Below, one piece after another: positions 27,201 to 40,443 of a stretch of 64,000 bases of DNA. Under the pieces are notes generated by a model. That model saw only the letters and a list, made by a program, of their open reading frames with translations, was not told the DNA's origin and searched no databases. Position 1 is the first letter of the stretch; each line of letters starts with the position of its first letter. This DNA is from Geosiphon pyriformis uo1. Lineage: Eukaryota > Fungi > Glomeromycota. The stretch lies in assembly GCA_016748015.1 (NCBI GenBank), contig JAAOMT010000003.1:314373-378372 (forward strand), given 5' to 3'. Both the position numbers and the translations under genes were made by a program.

Positions 27201-28976
27201 CAAAACTCAGTTTCTTTATAACAATAGACACCTGATCTGCCAAAAGCTCCAAAGAGCATTTCAAAGAAACCAAATGGTTAACCAAGCAAAAAACATTAAG
27301 AAAGGCAGAAACTATTGAATAGATTTTGCACTTAAAAACAAATCAGCACCAGAAAGAACCAAAAAGACCACTTAAGAAGAAAAACCACTAGCAATTTGGG
27401 CCCAAGTCCTACCACTAAAAGAAACTGAGTAAGCAATAAGCACATGTTTCTTCCTATATATATTGGCCAGACAAATCTGATTCTAAGAAGTTATCACCCA
27501 CTTCTCATGACCACCAGAATTCTTATCCACTAAACAATCAAAAAAAACATGACCAAATTGTTCACATAAAGCACAGCAAGCCAAAGAAAGACTAGTCCAA
27601 CGCAGATTCACACCCTTAAAAATAGAAACAGAACCAACAGTAGCCAATCTGAATGCTTCATTATCAAAGCAAATTACAACACATCTGTTAGAAACATATG
27701 TAACCAAATTACAGCTAATAACATAAGTTTTCTCATCATAAGAAGCCAATAGATCAGAAAAATCATGGGTAATGATACTAACTAATAATATATATAGCAA
27801 AGTTTAATGTTGATCTTTAGATATCTATATTTGTTTATTATTGATTGCCTTTGTCACATGAACAGAGTTTTTTCTCATAAAAACTGACCATTTAAAAACA
27901 ACCAAACTAGCTATATCTACTGACTCAAATTCTATCAAAACTTTTTGCCAAAGACAATCAGTTGTATCTTAATTGAAATTACCTTACCAAACTTGGAAAA
28001 AACTGACTCTACTGTTGATTTGAGAAGATCAACTGAGATCTCTTTAATGATCACCTTCCAATCTGTATGGCTAATTGTTTTTTTTATGTCATCATTAATC
28101 AGAATTTTTTTACTAATTGCCAATTCTCTAGCCTTACTCAGACTTAATTCAGATATAAATAAGAATCTGATGATTCTTAAGAATTTTGAGAGAACAAAAG
28201 CTTCCCCAAAACCATCAATCCAATAAAAAATTTTTTTAATAAACAACAACTTATTACCAGAGGTTTTGTCAAGCATAGCAAAAAGCTCAACATTCAAAGC
28301 AAAAAATTTTTTTGAATCAAAATTCTAGACATTCTTAATATGTAATTTAATTAATAACAATTTCTTGGATTCCACAAATTTAGGCATTGGAAGTATCAAT
28401 TTAGTACTATCATTACTCAAATTATCAAAAGAAAGCACATTCAACAGTCATTCCAAGACATAAGTCTTCATATGTGTCTTTTTCGGAGTAGTATCATCCA
28501 TCATATTATTTATCTTAGAAATATTTGAATCAATATAGTTTATTTCTTTGGCAATTGTGTTTTTCATGTTTTCTATGTCTAATACCTTACTAATACTATT
28601 TTTTTTGCTGTTTATTTTACTGTCCTAAGATTTAGCATGCTCAATACTGGTAGCTTATAACATATTAGCAGACAAAAGTTCAGCTAATGAGTTCATTATA
28701 ACATCAGAAGTCTTAGGTTTTTTCATTTTCTTAAATAAAAGACTGTAAGAGTATATATTTTCAACACATGCTTTTTTATTATTATTAGACCAAGTCTTCA
28801 ATCCAGCTGAAACTAAACCAAAACCACCAACAGATAAGCTTACTAGATTTATTATAACAAAAAGAGGTATATTAGAAGAAATGACTTAATGAAACAAAGA
28901 AAAAAAAACAAAAAAAAACAATATCTCCAAAAAAATTTTTTGCTCTTGTTATGGTTAGGGGATCAACAAAAAAAAT
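21243..28976 (-). mobile_element. Full-length non-LTR retrotransposon (LINE-C, family beta), degenerate, carrying a solo LTR
   Basis: Poly(A) tail seen as a T-run at 21243-21252, shared 3' UTR, RNase H (ILAELQTIVLAL, WYKIKDH..NKSAN), RT (AFVNDTI, YLGIF), APE, ORF1 (RRM-like, CCALCEQFGHVFFDC) and a 5' UTR like LINE-A. Confidence 0.92.
21870..22717 (+). repeat. Solo LTR (third LTR family) inserted in the C-terminal zinc-finger region of LINE-C ORF2
   Basis: TGTTAC...CATAACA termini, flanks CCAC and CCAT, an AATTAGCCAAT motif shared with the Gypsy-1 LTR, ~22-bp tandem repeats (AATAGCAGCAAGCACTATTT) and then a TATA run. The LINE protein sequence resumes across it. Confidence 0.85.
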
Positions 28977-31900
28977 AATTTAATAATTTAAATATTTTTA
29001 AATAGTAAAAATATATAAATTTTAGAAATTTAAATTTTAAATAATTTAAAAATTATGCTATTTGTTTAGATTTTATAAAAATAAAATTGTTATATTAAAT
29101 ATTTATACTATTTATTTTGGCTAATAAAAAATATTTTCTGGTTTATAATTATATAACAATAATAAAATTGTAATTTATATTAATAAATCTGTAAAAAATT
29201 TGAAATTTAATTTAATAATTAATAGGATAATTGCTTATTTTAATAATTAGAATGTAAAATTAGTGTTAAAATTTATAATAATATATTTTTATTTCTTATT
29301 AAGTTTACTATTATTGAATTAATTTTAAAATATGGTTTTAATAATAAAAATTATATTATTAATACAAATAATTAGATGGTTATTATAATATATAAATTTG
29401 AATTAAAGCTTTAAAAAACTTATTTTAAAAATAAATATTGGCTAAAATATCAAAATTATTATTTTTTTTTTTTATGGATGCAATTAACAAATAAAGTCCA
29501 ACTACTATTTAGTACATAAAGCCAAACTAAGAGACTTAAACTAAATGCAGCTCATGCACTTTCTACATGTGGCTAGCCATTCAGGCCAGACAAGACAACA
29601 TTATACATCTAAAAGAACACACGGACTACTATCTAAATCAGAAAAAAAAAGACAAGACCTATGATGGCCAAAACTAACAGCAAAAGAGCTAATAACACCA
29701 AGCATCTTCACCACCTTGCCGGACAACAAAGAGCTTATGCAACAAGACAAACCAGAAATCAATGTGTTATTATCAATCAAATCCACAGCCTCCATTTTCA
29801 CCCTATATGCAGACCTCACCAACCAGGTCTTTGAATAATACAACTCTAACAGTCTCCTTTTTACTCTCAAGAACCTCCATAGCCTCCACACACCAATTTC
29901 TCAGCACAAACCCCTTACATAGAACAGAATACAAGCCAACGTCCAAAAAACACCAATCAAAAGACCGCAAAACAGCAGAAGACAACAAGCTACAAGATCC
30001 AGCAAATGACACCCAGTCAGCAAAAGCAGCAGCCAAAATTTTCCTCTGAATCTCTACATCATGGGAACATGTGAAAACATGATCTGACAACTCCACCTTA
30101 TGACACAACAAATACAGCACACCAGGGTAACATTTATCATACAGCCGTTTCCTCACCACCACAGGCATCCAATGATACACAGCCTTTATCAAGTAGGTAT
30201 GAAAACAGGAAGACCTTTGACTAGTAAAACCAGCAAGCATATGCGAATCAGGATGCCATATTCTAATGATAGCTTCCCAATTAACAGTTTCAGTCAACAT
30301 AACAGAAATCATGTCTTGACCAGGATCTGTCTCCTACTAAGCACAACAAATGGATCTATACAAATTCCGAACAAAATGACAAGCATTACCAGACACAGGT
30401 GTGTCCTCAGCAACCAAAAAACACTCATTAACACCAACAGGCAAAGAAAATCGAGAGAGAGCAGTGTCCCCAGCAGCAACATCTGCTCTAATATTGCCAT
30501 GAACCCCAGAATGTCTCTTAATCTTGACCCAATAAACAAAAAGATTCTTGTCACAAACCAAATTAAAAATCCAGTGTCTCTCCAACCAACATGAGAAGTG
30601 GAAATCAGGCACAGATAATGACATTTCAGAAATGCATGCATCAATGACCACCTAACTATCAGAATGCAATACAACAGAACAAGAAGAAAAAACGCACTCT
30701 AAAGCCAAAGTGATGGCCTGTAGTTTGGCCATAATAGAAGACAACAGTCCAAGAACCCTAATGCCAACACTCAAATCAATTGCAGGAAAATAAGCAGCTG
30801 CTCCACTGACTACATCAGCACAACCATAATTTCTAACAGAACCATCTGTAAAAACTTTAAAAGAACCAGACCAAATCTCATGCAACCCATTTTGAACAAC
30901 AGAAAACTTTTTGGTATCTAAAACACTCAAACTAAAAGGACAAACAGACTTTACAGAGATGGCCATAGAAACATTCCTACCACAAAGAAACTCAGACACC
31001 ACCTTAAACCAGTGAGAAGTAGGACCTTTTGGATCCAGTTTTTTCTAGTGCCAAAAAGTCTTCCAATTCATAACACGTTCTTTTTTGTTAAACAGTCTAT
31101 TACCAAAAGCCATACCAAACTGCTTTAACAAACAAACAGAATCGAAGAATAAAGAACCCCCCAGAATGGAAAACACAGAAAAGTAACCAGAACTATAGAA
31201 TGCATTGGGCAAATTATTGGCCAGAGACAGCTCGTTACACAGAAAAATCCTAACCACACCAGCCAGAAAATTATTTACAGGATTAACACACAATCTAACA
31301 GAAAACTGTAAAGAGTTCAGAGGAAACCATCCCAGAACCTGCAAATCAAGAAACCTATGCTCAAACAAACGTCCAAGAACACCAAAAGAATTGGAAAATG
31401 AGATCAAAGCAGCCAACTTTCTTTCAGACTGCATCTGCTCAAAAGATTTTAGGCTGTACAAAGAGGGATGACACAAAGCCTCAGTGGGGAAATCACAAGG
31501 CAAACCAGCTTTGGACTTAAGACTCCTTCTCAACATTATATCCCATTTGTAGCATACAAATAATGAAACAAAGCTGAACTGAGTGTGATAGCTGACAATA
31601 GGCTGCGAAACGGCCAACACTAAATATGAAAACTGCTTGTCAGTAATAGCCTTTCTAAGAACCACATTAGTAAAAAAAACAAACATCAGAATGTGTCTTG
31701 GCCAGATTTGGCTTTGAAAGCCCATCAGTAGATAGAAAGATTCCCAGATAATAATGAGCCTTACTCTTTTTAGTGATTGAGATGAGAAGACCACTAATAC
31801 ACAAAGAAGCAACTCTAACACCCTGATTGATCAGAATGGCCACAGTCTTTTCATTGTTAATAGAAATGTCATTAAAGACAAAAAACCCACTTGCAATATC

Positions 31901-32765
31901 CAAAATATTCTGAGTAGCAGTTTGACAGTTTCTAACCCATATTGTATCATTAACAAAAGCACCAGCTGCAAAATAAGAAGAGAACCCACCACTACTCTCA
32001 ATATGGCCTGATCTTGAAACAAACCTGGAATCTATTTGGTATCCAAAAAACTGTTCATGCTTTTTAACTTCACACAGAAGTGGGTCATAAAAAATTCTCC
32101 ACAAGAGGGGCAAGAAGACTTCACCCTGATCTAATCTATCATGCACCACATAATCATTTGAAAACCCAAAGTCCGTCATTACCCTGTTAACTCTATTCTC
32201 ATGGATGTTACCAAAAAATAACACAAATCTCACACATTTTGATATGCCACAAGCTTGCTCTCAAGTGGTGCCATCCAACCAAGTTGTATGCTTTGTGCAT
32301 ATTTTGCAAAACCAACCAAACCTCTCTGTTCTTTTCAAGGGCATCCTTGATTACAGACCCAATTGCAAACACCAGAAATTGTGTAGAAGTACCCTTAAGC
32401 ACTGAGAAATTATTACCTTGAAGAACACTGAACTTGCTACATGCCAAAAAAATACAATCCAACAAAATCTTGAAGAAAATCTTCCTAGCCATCTTGATAA
32501 GAACAATGGGTCGAGTGTTTGTGAGAATTCCATCCCAGTCATAAGGTTTAGGGATCATGGAAACCCAAGCTCTTTTCCACAAAACAGGCACATTCTTTAT
32601 GGTCAAACATGAATTCAGCAAACCCAAAAGACACTTCAACACCATGTCATCACAGTGCTTCCACAACTCATTAGGAATACCAGACAGACCAGCAGTTTTG
32701 CCATCAGGTAAATTGTTAACCACTAAAAGCAACTCACTCATATCGATCGAGCACATCACACCCAA

Positions 32766-33552
32766 TGTTACCAGTAGAATTTTAGCTATTAATTAGCATG
32801 AAATTACTCTTATAATTCCTATAATTCATTAGTATATTAATATCATTTCAAATTATCATTTATTATTTAATCAATTATCACATATCACGATTTAATTAAA
32901 ATAATCTAATTAGTATAACAGAAAGTAGGATGATCAAATTACACAATATCCTGAACTTTGTAACATTCAAAAATTCGCCGAAATTTACAGAAATTTGCCA
33001 AAATTTACAGAAATTCGCCGAAATTATGAATAGTTCACCCAAATTAATCAATAGTTCAGCGAAATAACTTGTAGTTCATCAAAATGTATCTTTAGTTCGC
33101 TAAAAATTGAGCAAAAAGAAAAAGTGCAAGTTCATAGACTAGTACTACAACAAGTTGTATAAAAGAAAAGCTTTTCTCTTCTGGAAAATGTATCTTACTT
33201 TAGATTTATCTCTTAAAACCATTTCTATATACACAAAAAGAAATAAATATCAAATAATTCGAAAAAACCAAATTTTTTAAACTATTGCACTTGGAAAATT
33301 CTCAAAACCCAACTAACGTTTTGAAATTGATTAGCTACCAATTTCAGTAAACTGTTAGTGACTCCAGGCCTGGATAGAAAACGTTTCTCTTAACAAAATT
33401 CTATTTCTTTTACATTTCTTTTATTTTTCTTTTCTTTTCTTATTACAATTATTAGAGTAGCCTACAGACAAGATTTCTGTAGAAGAGTTGACTTTCACAG
33501 CAAAGTAACTATACATTTTAGTGAGCTTCCAGATGAGCAATTCCTGGGAAAG
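32766..33552 (+). repeat. Gypsy-2 5' LTR (3' end and PBS lost in an N gap)
   Basis: Direct repeat of the first ~790 bp of 41170-42162; contains AAATTCGCCGAAATTTACAG tandem units. Confidence 0.92.
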
Positions 33553-34864
33553 NNNNNNNNNNNNNNNNNNNNNNNNNNNNNNNNNNNNNNNNNNNNNNNC
33601 TAGAGTATTACCAGTCAATTTACACCCACTGCAAGCAAAGATTCAACATTCCAGACGGAATTGAAGTTGTAAAGAAATCAGTATACCAATACATTAAAAA
33701 CTGCATTAACAATTATCTTTTTGGAAACTACAACATTTCAGAAGTTAGAAGCAACCTCTACAATAATTTAGTGCACTATTCACAATTGGGAACAGAAGAC
33801 CTGAACAGTGAAACACTTGCTACCTACTTTTAAGAACTTAATTTTAACATTATTGAGTATTGTAAAGAAAAATACCCAGTACAGTCTAAATACTCTTTTG
33901 ACTTTAAATCAGAAACAGAAACAAGCAACAAAGGCAAACAAAGATTGAAGCAATACTTAAGAACCACTCCAAACACTTCAATACTACAAAAGACAACTGC
34001 CAAACACTTGCAAACACCTGAACAAGGAACCAGTGTCAAATTACCACTTTCTATTACACTATTTCCAATTTCACTTGTTCAACCATAAATACCAAGTTCA
34101 CTATTTAGCTGTTTCTCTAGACCAGAAGATTTTCAGTCACCTAGAAATCCTACTCAACAGCAGGAACCAATATCAACAAGTGCCAATATCATTGATTACT
34201 TACAGGAAAACGAAAGTAATTACTCAGAAAGCTTGGAAAGTAAAGAAACTGAATCAAAACCAGAAGAAATTACAGAAAACAAAGAAGAAATGGCAACTGC
34301 TTACATTGCAAAAATCCCAGAATTCACTGGTGAAGACAATAATACCAGTCCTCCAGAATAGCTTGACAAGGTTCAAAAAGCAGGAGACGCAAATGGTTGA
34401 ATTGCAGCAAGAATGCTCAAAGCAATTTCCTACTTTCTCCAAAAAACAGTAGGAGAATGATTTGAAAATTTAGAAGAACCATTTGAAAACTGGCAAGCAT
34501 TCAAAAATGCTTTTCTACAATAATTCACTGACAACAATACCTCTATCACTCTCAGAAACCGCTTTCGCAATATCAAACAAGAAACATCTGAATCTGTTAT
34601 GACCTATCTTGGAAGATTTAACAAACTTCTCAGATGAATCCAACAATTGAAAACCAATGACTACTATTCTGATGCTCAAATTCTGGATCAGTTTATAGCA
34701 GGATTAAAAGACAAACTGATTAAGAAAGTCTGTCCACATGCTCCAGCAGACTTAGCAACTGCTATTAGACATACAAAGAGCTATGAAATGGCAATGGAAG
34801 AAGCAAATCACACCAAGCTTGTAAACCTTGCAATTGGAGAAACCNNNNNNNNNNNNNNNNNNNN

Positions 34865-35177
34865 CAAGAATACCTCTATCACTCTCAGAAACCGCTTTCG
34901 CAATATCAAACAAGAAACATCTGAATCTGTTATGACCTATCTTGGAAGATTTAACAAACTTCTCAGATGAATCCAACAATTGAAAACCAATGACTACTAT
35001 TCTGATGCTCAAATTCTGGATCAGTTTATAGCAGGATTAAAAGACAAACTGATTAAGAAAGTCTGTCCACATGCTCCAGCAGACTTAGCAACTGCTATTA
35101 GACATACAAAGAGCTATGAAATGGCAATGGAAGAAGCAAATCACACCAAGCTTGTAAACCTTGCAATTGGAGAAACC
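34865..35177. other. Assembly artefact: near-exact duplicate of ~34532-34844 after a 20-N gap
   Basis: Same gag segment at an offset of 333 bp across N(34845-34864). Confidence 0.88.
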
Positions 35178-37269
35178 AGCTCAGCAGCTGAAAAAAAGAT
35201 AAACCAACTCACAAAGAAAGTTGAAAGCTATTTTACAAACCAACAACAATAGCAGCAACAACCACAAAGATATCAACCACTACAATGACACAATCAAAAC
35301 AATTTTGGATTACCATTCAACAACCAATCTCAAAATTGTCATTATTGTGGAATTTCAGAACACTGGAAACAAGATTGTAGGAAATTGCAAAGAGACCAAC
35401 AAAACAGGAGTAATCAACATTACTCTTCACCATAACAATCCTATTACCAATCTTCACCACCAACCTATTATTCACCAAAACCACAAAATCAAAACTACTA
35501 TCCACCAGCTCCACAATCAATGCAGCAACAATATCAGCAATCTTTACCAATTCAGCCATATCAGACACCACCCACTCAACAATATCAAATACCAGCAAGA
35601 AGATTGGTTCAACATAACCAATTTACACTTCAAAATTAATTGCAGAATAACCACAACAGAATCAATCCAAATAACCAGTTGGTTCCCCGAAATTCGAGTC
35701 AGCAAAGACCCAATCACTATTACACTCAACTCAATTATTTTACAATACCAGAGGAATCGGATTTTTAACAAACTGCACTTTCTAAAGATGAAGTTGCAGT
35801 GCTAAGATTAAACCCTTCCAACCACACCATTCTACCAGCTCAAATTGCCCAAAATGCTAATCTGTTAGATATATTTCTATTTGAATTTAAAGCAAATAAA
35901 TCACCATTTCTGCTTAGTAATGTAGCAGTCAATGAACAGAAAGCAATTACTGCCATGTACACAGAAGCTACAGTAGAAGAAAAACCCATTCGCTTAATCT
36001 TAGATAGTGGATCAGCTGGAAATATCATCACTTATCAGCTGATACAACAACTCAAATAAAACATAAACAGACCAGCTCAAACAGTTATTGTTACAGCTGA
36101 TGGTATGAAGAAGACTCCAGTAGGAGAAATTAATGATTTCCCTTTTTCAATTGATGGAATCACCATTTCAGTTAAAGTTCTTGTTATGGATCCACCCCAA
36201 TACCAAGCTCTAGTCAAAAATGATTGGCTTCTCAAGGCCAATGCAAACCTGAACTAGGAAACTCAAGAACTTAAAATCTCATACCAAGAACAATATACCA
36301 TAGTACCTGTAACCTATGGTACCTTTAACAAATAATCAGAAAAAGCTCTAGTATTTGAATTTAAAGAGGAGAAAGAAATGCCACTTACTGAAACTTATAT
36401 GGCTCTTGGATCAACATCCAATTGGGCTGAAAAAACCAAACAAGAGATTTTTGAAGAATCAAGGGGATGGAAGAAAGTTAGATATTTTACACCAGAACCA
36501 CGGAAACAACCATCCTATATTCCACTCAAATGCAAAGATTGCAACAAAAAACTTTCATCAATGGGAGCATGTATTTCTCCAGAAGAGGAATATGAAACTC
36601 GTATCTGTTACTTTTGCAAAGCATGCCATAGAGAATGATTTGGATCTTCAAAAAGAAGTGGAAAATGGGACAACACACTTTGTCTTACATGTGGAGAAAT
36701 GCTACCAGAAGAATGCAATTGGATTGATATAGCAATGAAAGAAGAAGTATGTGATCAAACCTGTTAATATGCTCTATCAAGTTTGGAAAAAGTCAGAAGA
36801 GGAACACTATTTGATGCAGCATACAACAATGCTCTCAATAAACTTTACCACTACCTTCATAATGCTGAAATGATTTTTGACCTAACAATGGCATTGATTA
36901 ATGGAGCCATCCAAGAAGATGTCTGCCAAATGAAAAAAGCTGAATATATTAAGTATACCATGGAATTAGCTGAATTTGATTATGAAGATGAAGTAGAAAC
37001 CTACCACCAAATTGCAAGCTACACATATCCGACCAAAGAAGCTTAAATTCAATGATTAGAGCAAATGAACATTCAATTGTGTAAAGAATATATTATGCCT
37101 TGTGATGACCAATGGTGTTTAGAATGTTATGTTCTTAGCATTCCTCTGCCAGATGAGAATGATGAAAATGAAATCGAATTTGGAGTATCTGAACTAGTAG
37201 AAGAACTACCAACCACTCTCATCTATCTTCTTGAAAAGCAACTACCTCTACAACTTAAATATTTTGACA

Positions 37270-37680
37270 ACCATGGCCAAGGAATCAGACAAGAAAAAGC
37301 ACACGAAATTAATGCTGGATATGACCTAAAATACCCAAGAAAAGATACTTTGATTCTCCAACCAAAGTCTTTGACAAAAATCAATCTCAAAATTGCTCTT
37401 GAAATTCCACCAGGAGCAATGATTCAAATTGCCTCCAGATCATCATTGGCAAGCAAAGGAATCAATATTAGAGGAGGAGTTATAGATACAGGATACACTG
37501 GAGACATTACCATCATGTTACAGAATGAGACAGACAAACCATTCAAAATTGAACATGCTGAAAAAATTGCTCAAACAATTTACTTATCCTTAATCAACAT
37601 TTTGGGTTTACAATCAGTAAACAACAGAGAACAATTGGGAAAAAGTGAAAGAGAAACTCAAGGTTTTGGTTCAACTAGAC
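37270..37680 (+). pseudogene. dUTPase domain inside Gypsy-2 pol (open frame)
   Basis: All five dUTPase motifs are recognisable: AGYDL, ASRSSLA, GGVIDTGYTG, KIAQ, ERETQGFGST. Confidence 0.92.
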
Positions 37681-39128
37681 GATTTACAGTCCCAGTAAAC
37701 ATAGTTCTTAATACACAAAATGAATCTCACCAGATTCTTCAACTTTCTCAGCCAATTACCATTTCACCTTTTGGAGAACATCACGAAATTTACACTTGCT
37801 CAAAACCCACCACTACACAACAAATCTTTGAATTCAATGAACAAATCTGTTTGAAGCATGAAATATCAATTCCAAACATTTATATTCCCAAAGGAATGAA
37901 AAAATTTTGAGTTACATTCTACAACCCCAATAATTACCTTATTATTTTATTAAACAAATTAGAGATTGGAATCATACACATCAATATTTTTCAAGATGAA
38001 AACCCTCAAATTGTCTCTAATTTCATCGAAATTGTAAAGCACACTCTACTCCCAAATCCAAATATCATTCTCACTACTAAAAACTACCACTTGTTGGAAG
38101 AAAAACTCTCTTAAATCAATATGAGTCTCTTAAAACCTCAACAACAAAGACAATTGAAACAATTAATAACTGAATTTGCAGATATATTTGCAAAAGACAA
38201 CAATAACTTGGGAAAAACAGACATTGTTCAACATTAGATCCATACAGGAGATGCTCTACCAAGATGTCAACAAGCTTATTAAGTGCCACCTGCCAGCCAC
38301 CAATTCATCAGAGAAGAGATCCAAAAAATGCTCAATAACGGATTGATTTAATCATCAAGAAGTTCTTGGGCCTTACCAGTAGTTTTAGTTAAAAAGAAAA
38401 ACGAAAAAATCAGATTCTGTGTTAATTATAGACAACTGAATAGTGTTATAATTGAAGATGCCTACCCTTTTCCAAAAATTGATGACATGCTAGATGCTCT
38501 AGGAAAAGCCAAGTTCTTTTCAACTTTAGACCTGGAAAGTGGATACTGGCAAGTCGAAATGGACCCAAAAGATAGACCCAAAACAGCATTCACCACTCAA
38601 GGAGGAAATTATGAGTTTAATGTTATGCCTTTTGGACTCTGCAATGCACCAGCAACATTTCAGTGACTCATGGATGTTGTTTATGAAGGGCTCTTGTGGC
38701 AATCAGTAGTTGTTTATCTTGATGATACTGATGTATACTCACCAAGCTTTGAAGCCCATCTCATTCACCTGNNNNNNNNNNNNNNNNNNNNACACTCAAG
38801 CCAACAGAACTCAAATATGGCTCAACTGAATTAGAAGCTGCTGCAGTTATTTGGGCTCTTAAACATTTTCAACAATATCTAAAGAATAGAAAAGAATTTG
38901 ACATAATAATGGACAACATTGGCCTCAAATGGCTCAATAAAAAGAAAACTGACAAAGTGCCAAACAGTCTCAATGGAATGACTTCTTAGCAGACTACAGA
39001 TATATTGTACACCACAAACCAGAAAACTACATACCAATGTTGATAGCCTCTTAAGAATGAGACAAGATTAATACCAACAACAATTCCACCACAACTTACC
39101 AACTTACCAACAAAATAACCAAACAAGA

Positions 39129-40443
39129 ATGGATCCCAGAAACTACAGCAATCTTAAAAATTATTTGGAGATTCTTACCATGCCAGAAAACTGGTCTCCA
39201 AGTAAAAAACACTGCTTACAACACCAATCAAAACAATATTTCATACACCAGAACAAAATCTATTATAAAAATCACAAAAAACCAAACCAGCCACTCAGAT
39301 TAGTACAAGAGAATGAAAAAAAAACAATTTTATACAACATGCACACAGATCTGTCTTCAGCACACTTGGGAAAAGAGGTAACAATTCAAAGAACCCTTGA
39401 ACATTATTTTTGGCCTCACATGCAAAAAAACATTCGACAATATGTAGAATCTTGTGATAATTGTCAAAGAAGAAGAGGAACTCACCCCACAGAACCTCTA
39501 AATCCAATCAAAGTTGGACAACCTTTTGACAGAATTGGAATTGATTTAGTTGGACCATTACCTATCACAACCCAAGGAAATTGTTATATTGCAGTTGCAG
39601 TGAATTATCTTACCAAATGGCCTAAAGCTAAAGCTATCAAAATCAGTAGCAAATTTCATCTATGAAGAAATTATCTGTAGACATGGATGTTCAATTGAAC
39701 TCTTATCTAATCAAGGAACATATTTTGTGAACAACTTGATACAAGAAATTTGTGAACAGTTCAATGTCAAAAGACCTCTATCATTACCTTATCACCCTCA
39801 AACAAATGGACTTGTAGAATGTTTCAACAGAACATTGTGTAAATCTCTAACCAAAGTCTTAATGGACTTTGAGCAGGAATGGGATATCTTTATTCCATCA
39901 GTGTTACTAGCATAGAGAACACTAAAACAAGATACTATGAAACACACACCATTTGATCTTACTTATGGAAGGACAGCAACATTACCAATTAATTTCACAG
40001 TGGAAACATACTCAGTACAACCAATCAATGAAGAAAACTTTCAAGAGACACTCCAAAGAAGAGCCTACACTCTTTTTAGTACACTAGAAGGAAAAAGAAG
40101 AATAGCAGCAACTCATATTGAACATTTCTAAGCTCAACAAAAAAAAAACATGACAACAAATTACCACCTATTATCAACAAATTTAAAGTTGGAAATAAAG
40201 TTCTCTTACACAGAACTAAGGCTGAAAAACAATGGAGTGGGAAATTTGAAAACAAATGGAATGGACCATTTTATATTCACGAAATTCTAGGCAATGGATC
40301 ATATAAGTTAAGACTTGATGACAAAATATTAGCAAAAGTTACACATGGAGACAGATTGAAACACTATCATTCCAGAAACAATTCTGAACCATTAATTCCA
40401 CAAATTGGTACACATTCCCCTTTAATTAATTCTGAAGATATTC
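39129..40443 (+). pseudogene. Gypsy-2 integrase (own ATG, MDPRNY...), frameshifted
   Basis: H2C2 (MHTDLSSAHLG..YFWP..CDNCQ), IGIDLVGPL, NQG(DQG)T, PYHPQTNGLVE, W.GPF tail. Confidence 0.9.

Larger units (their letters stand above)
33600..39071 (+). pseudogene. Gypsy-2 gag-pol (Gag, protease, Cys-rich module, dUTPase, RT, RNase H), disrupted
   Basis: AYIAKIPEFTGED capsid start, QILDQFIAGL, CHYCG..EHWKQDC knuckle, DSG protease ~36003, dUTPase in ORF 37065-37910, RT motifs, RNase H ending DSL(S)RMRQD-TAA. Confidence 0.9.

Noticed and set aside
29540-29600. CTGA.TG...GAAA in the LINE 3' UTR resembling a hammerhead ribozyme core
   Set aside because: The spacing does not give CUGANGA, GAAA is not conserved in the other four copies, and no three-stem junction is evident.
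29762-30594. Antisense ORFs over LINE-D, and many similar short opposite-strand ORFs elsewhere
   Set aside because: Shadow frames of transposon coding sequence with biased composition; not conserved between copies.
34532-35177. Apparent tandem duplication within Gypsy-2 gag
   Set aside because: Same pattern across a 20-N gap; assembly artefact.
38772-38791. Apparent deletion of the RT thumb and RNase H N-terminus in Gypsy-2, plus the missing PBS at 33553-33599
   Set aside because: Both coincide with N gaps, so the sequence is simply unassembled.
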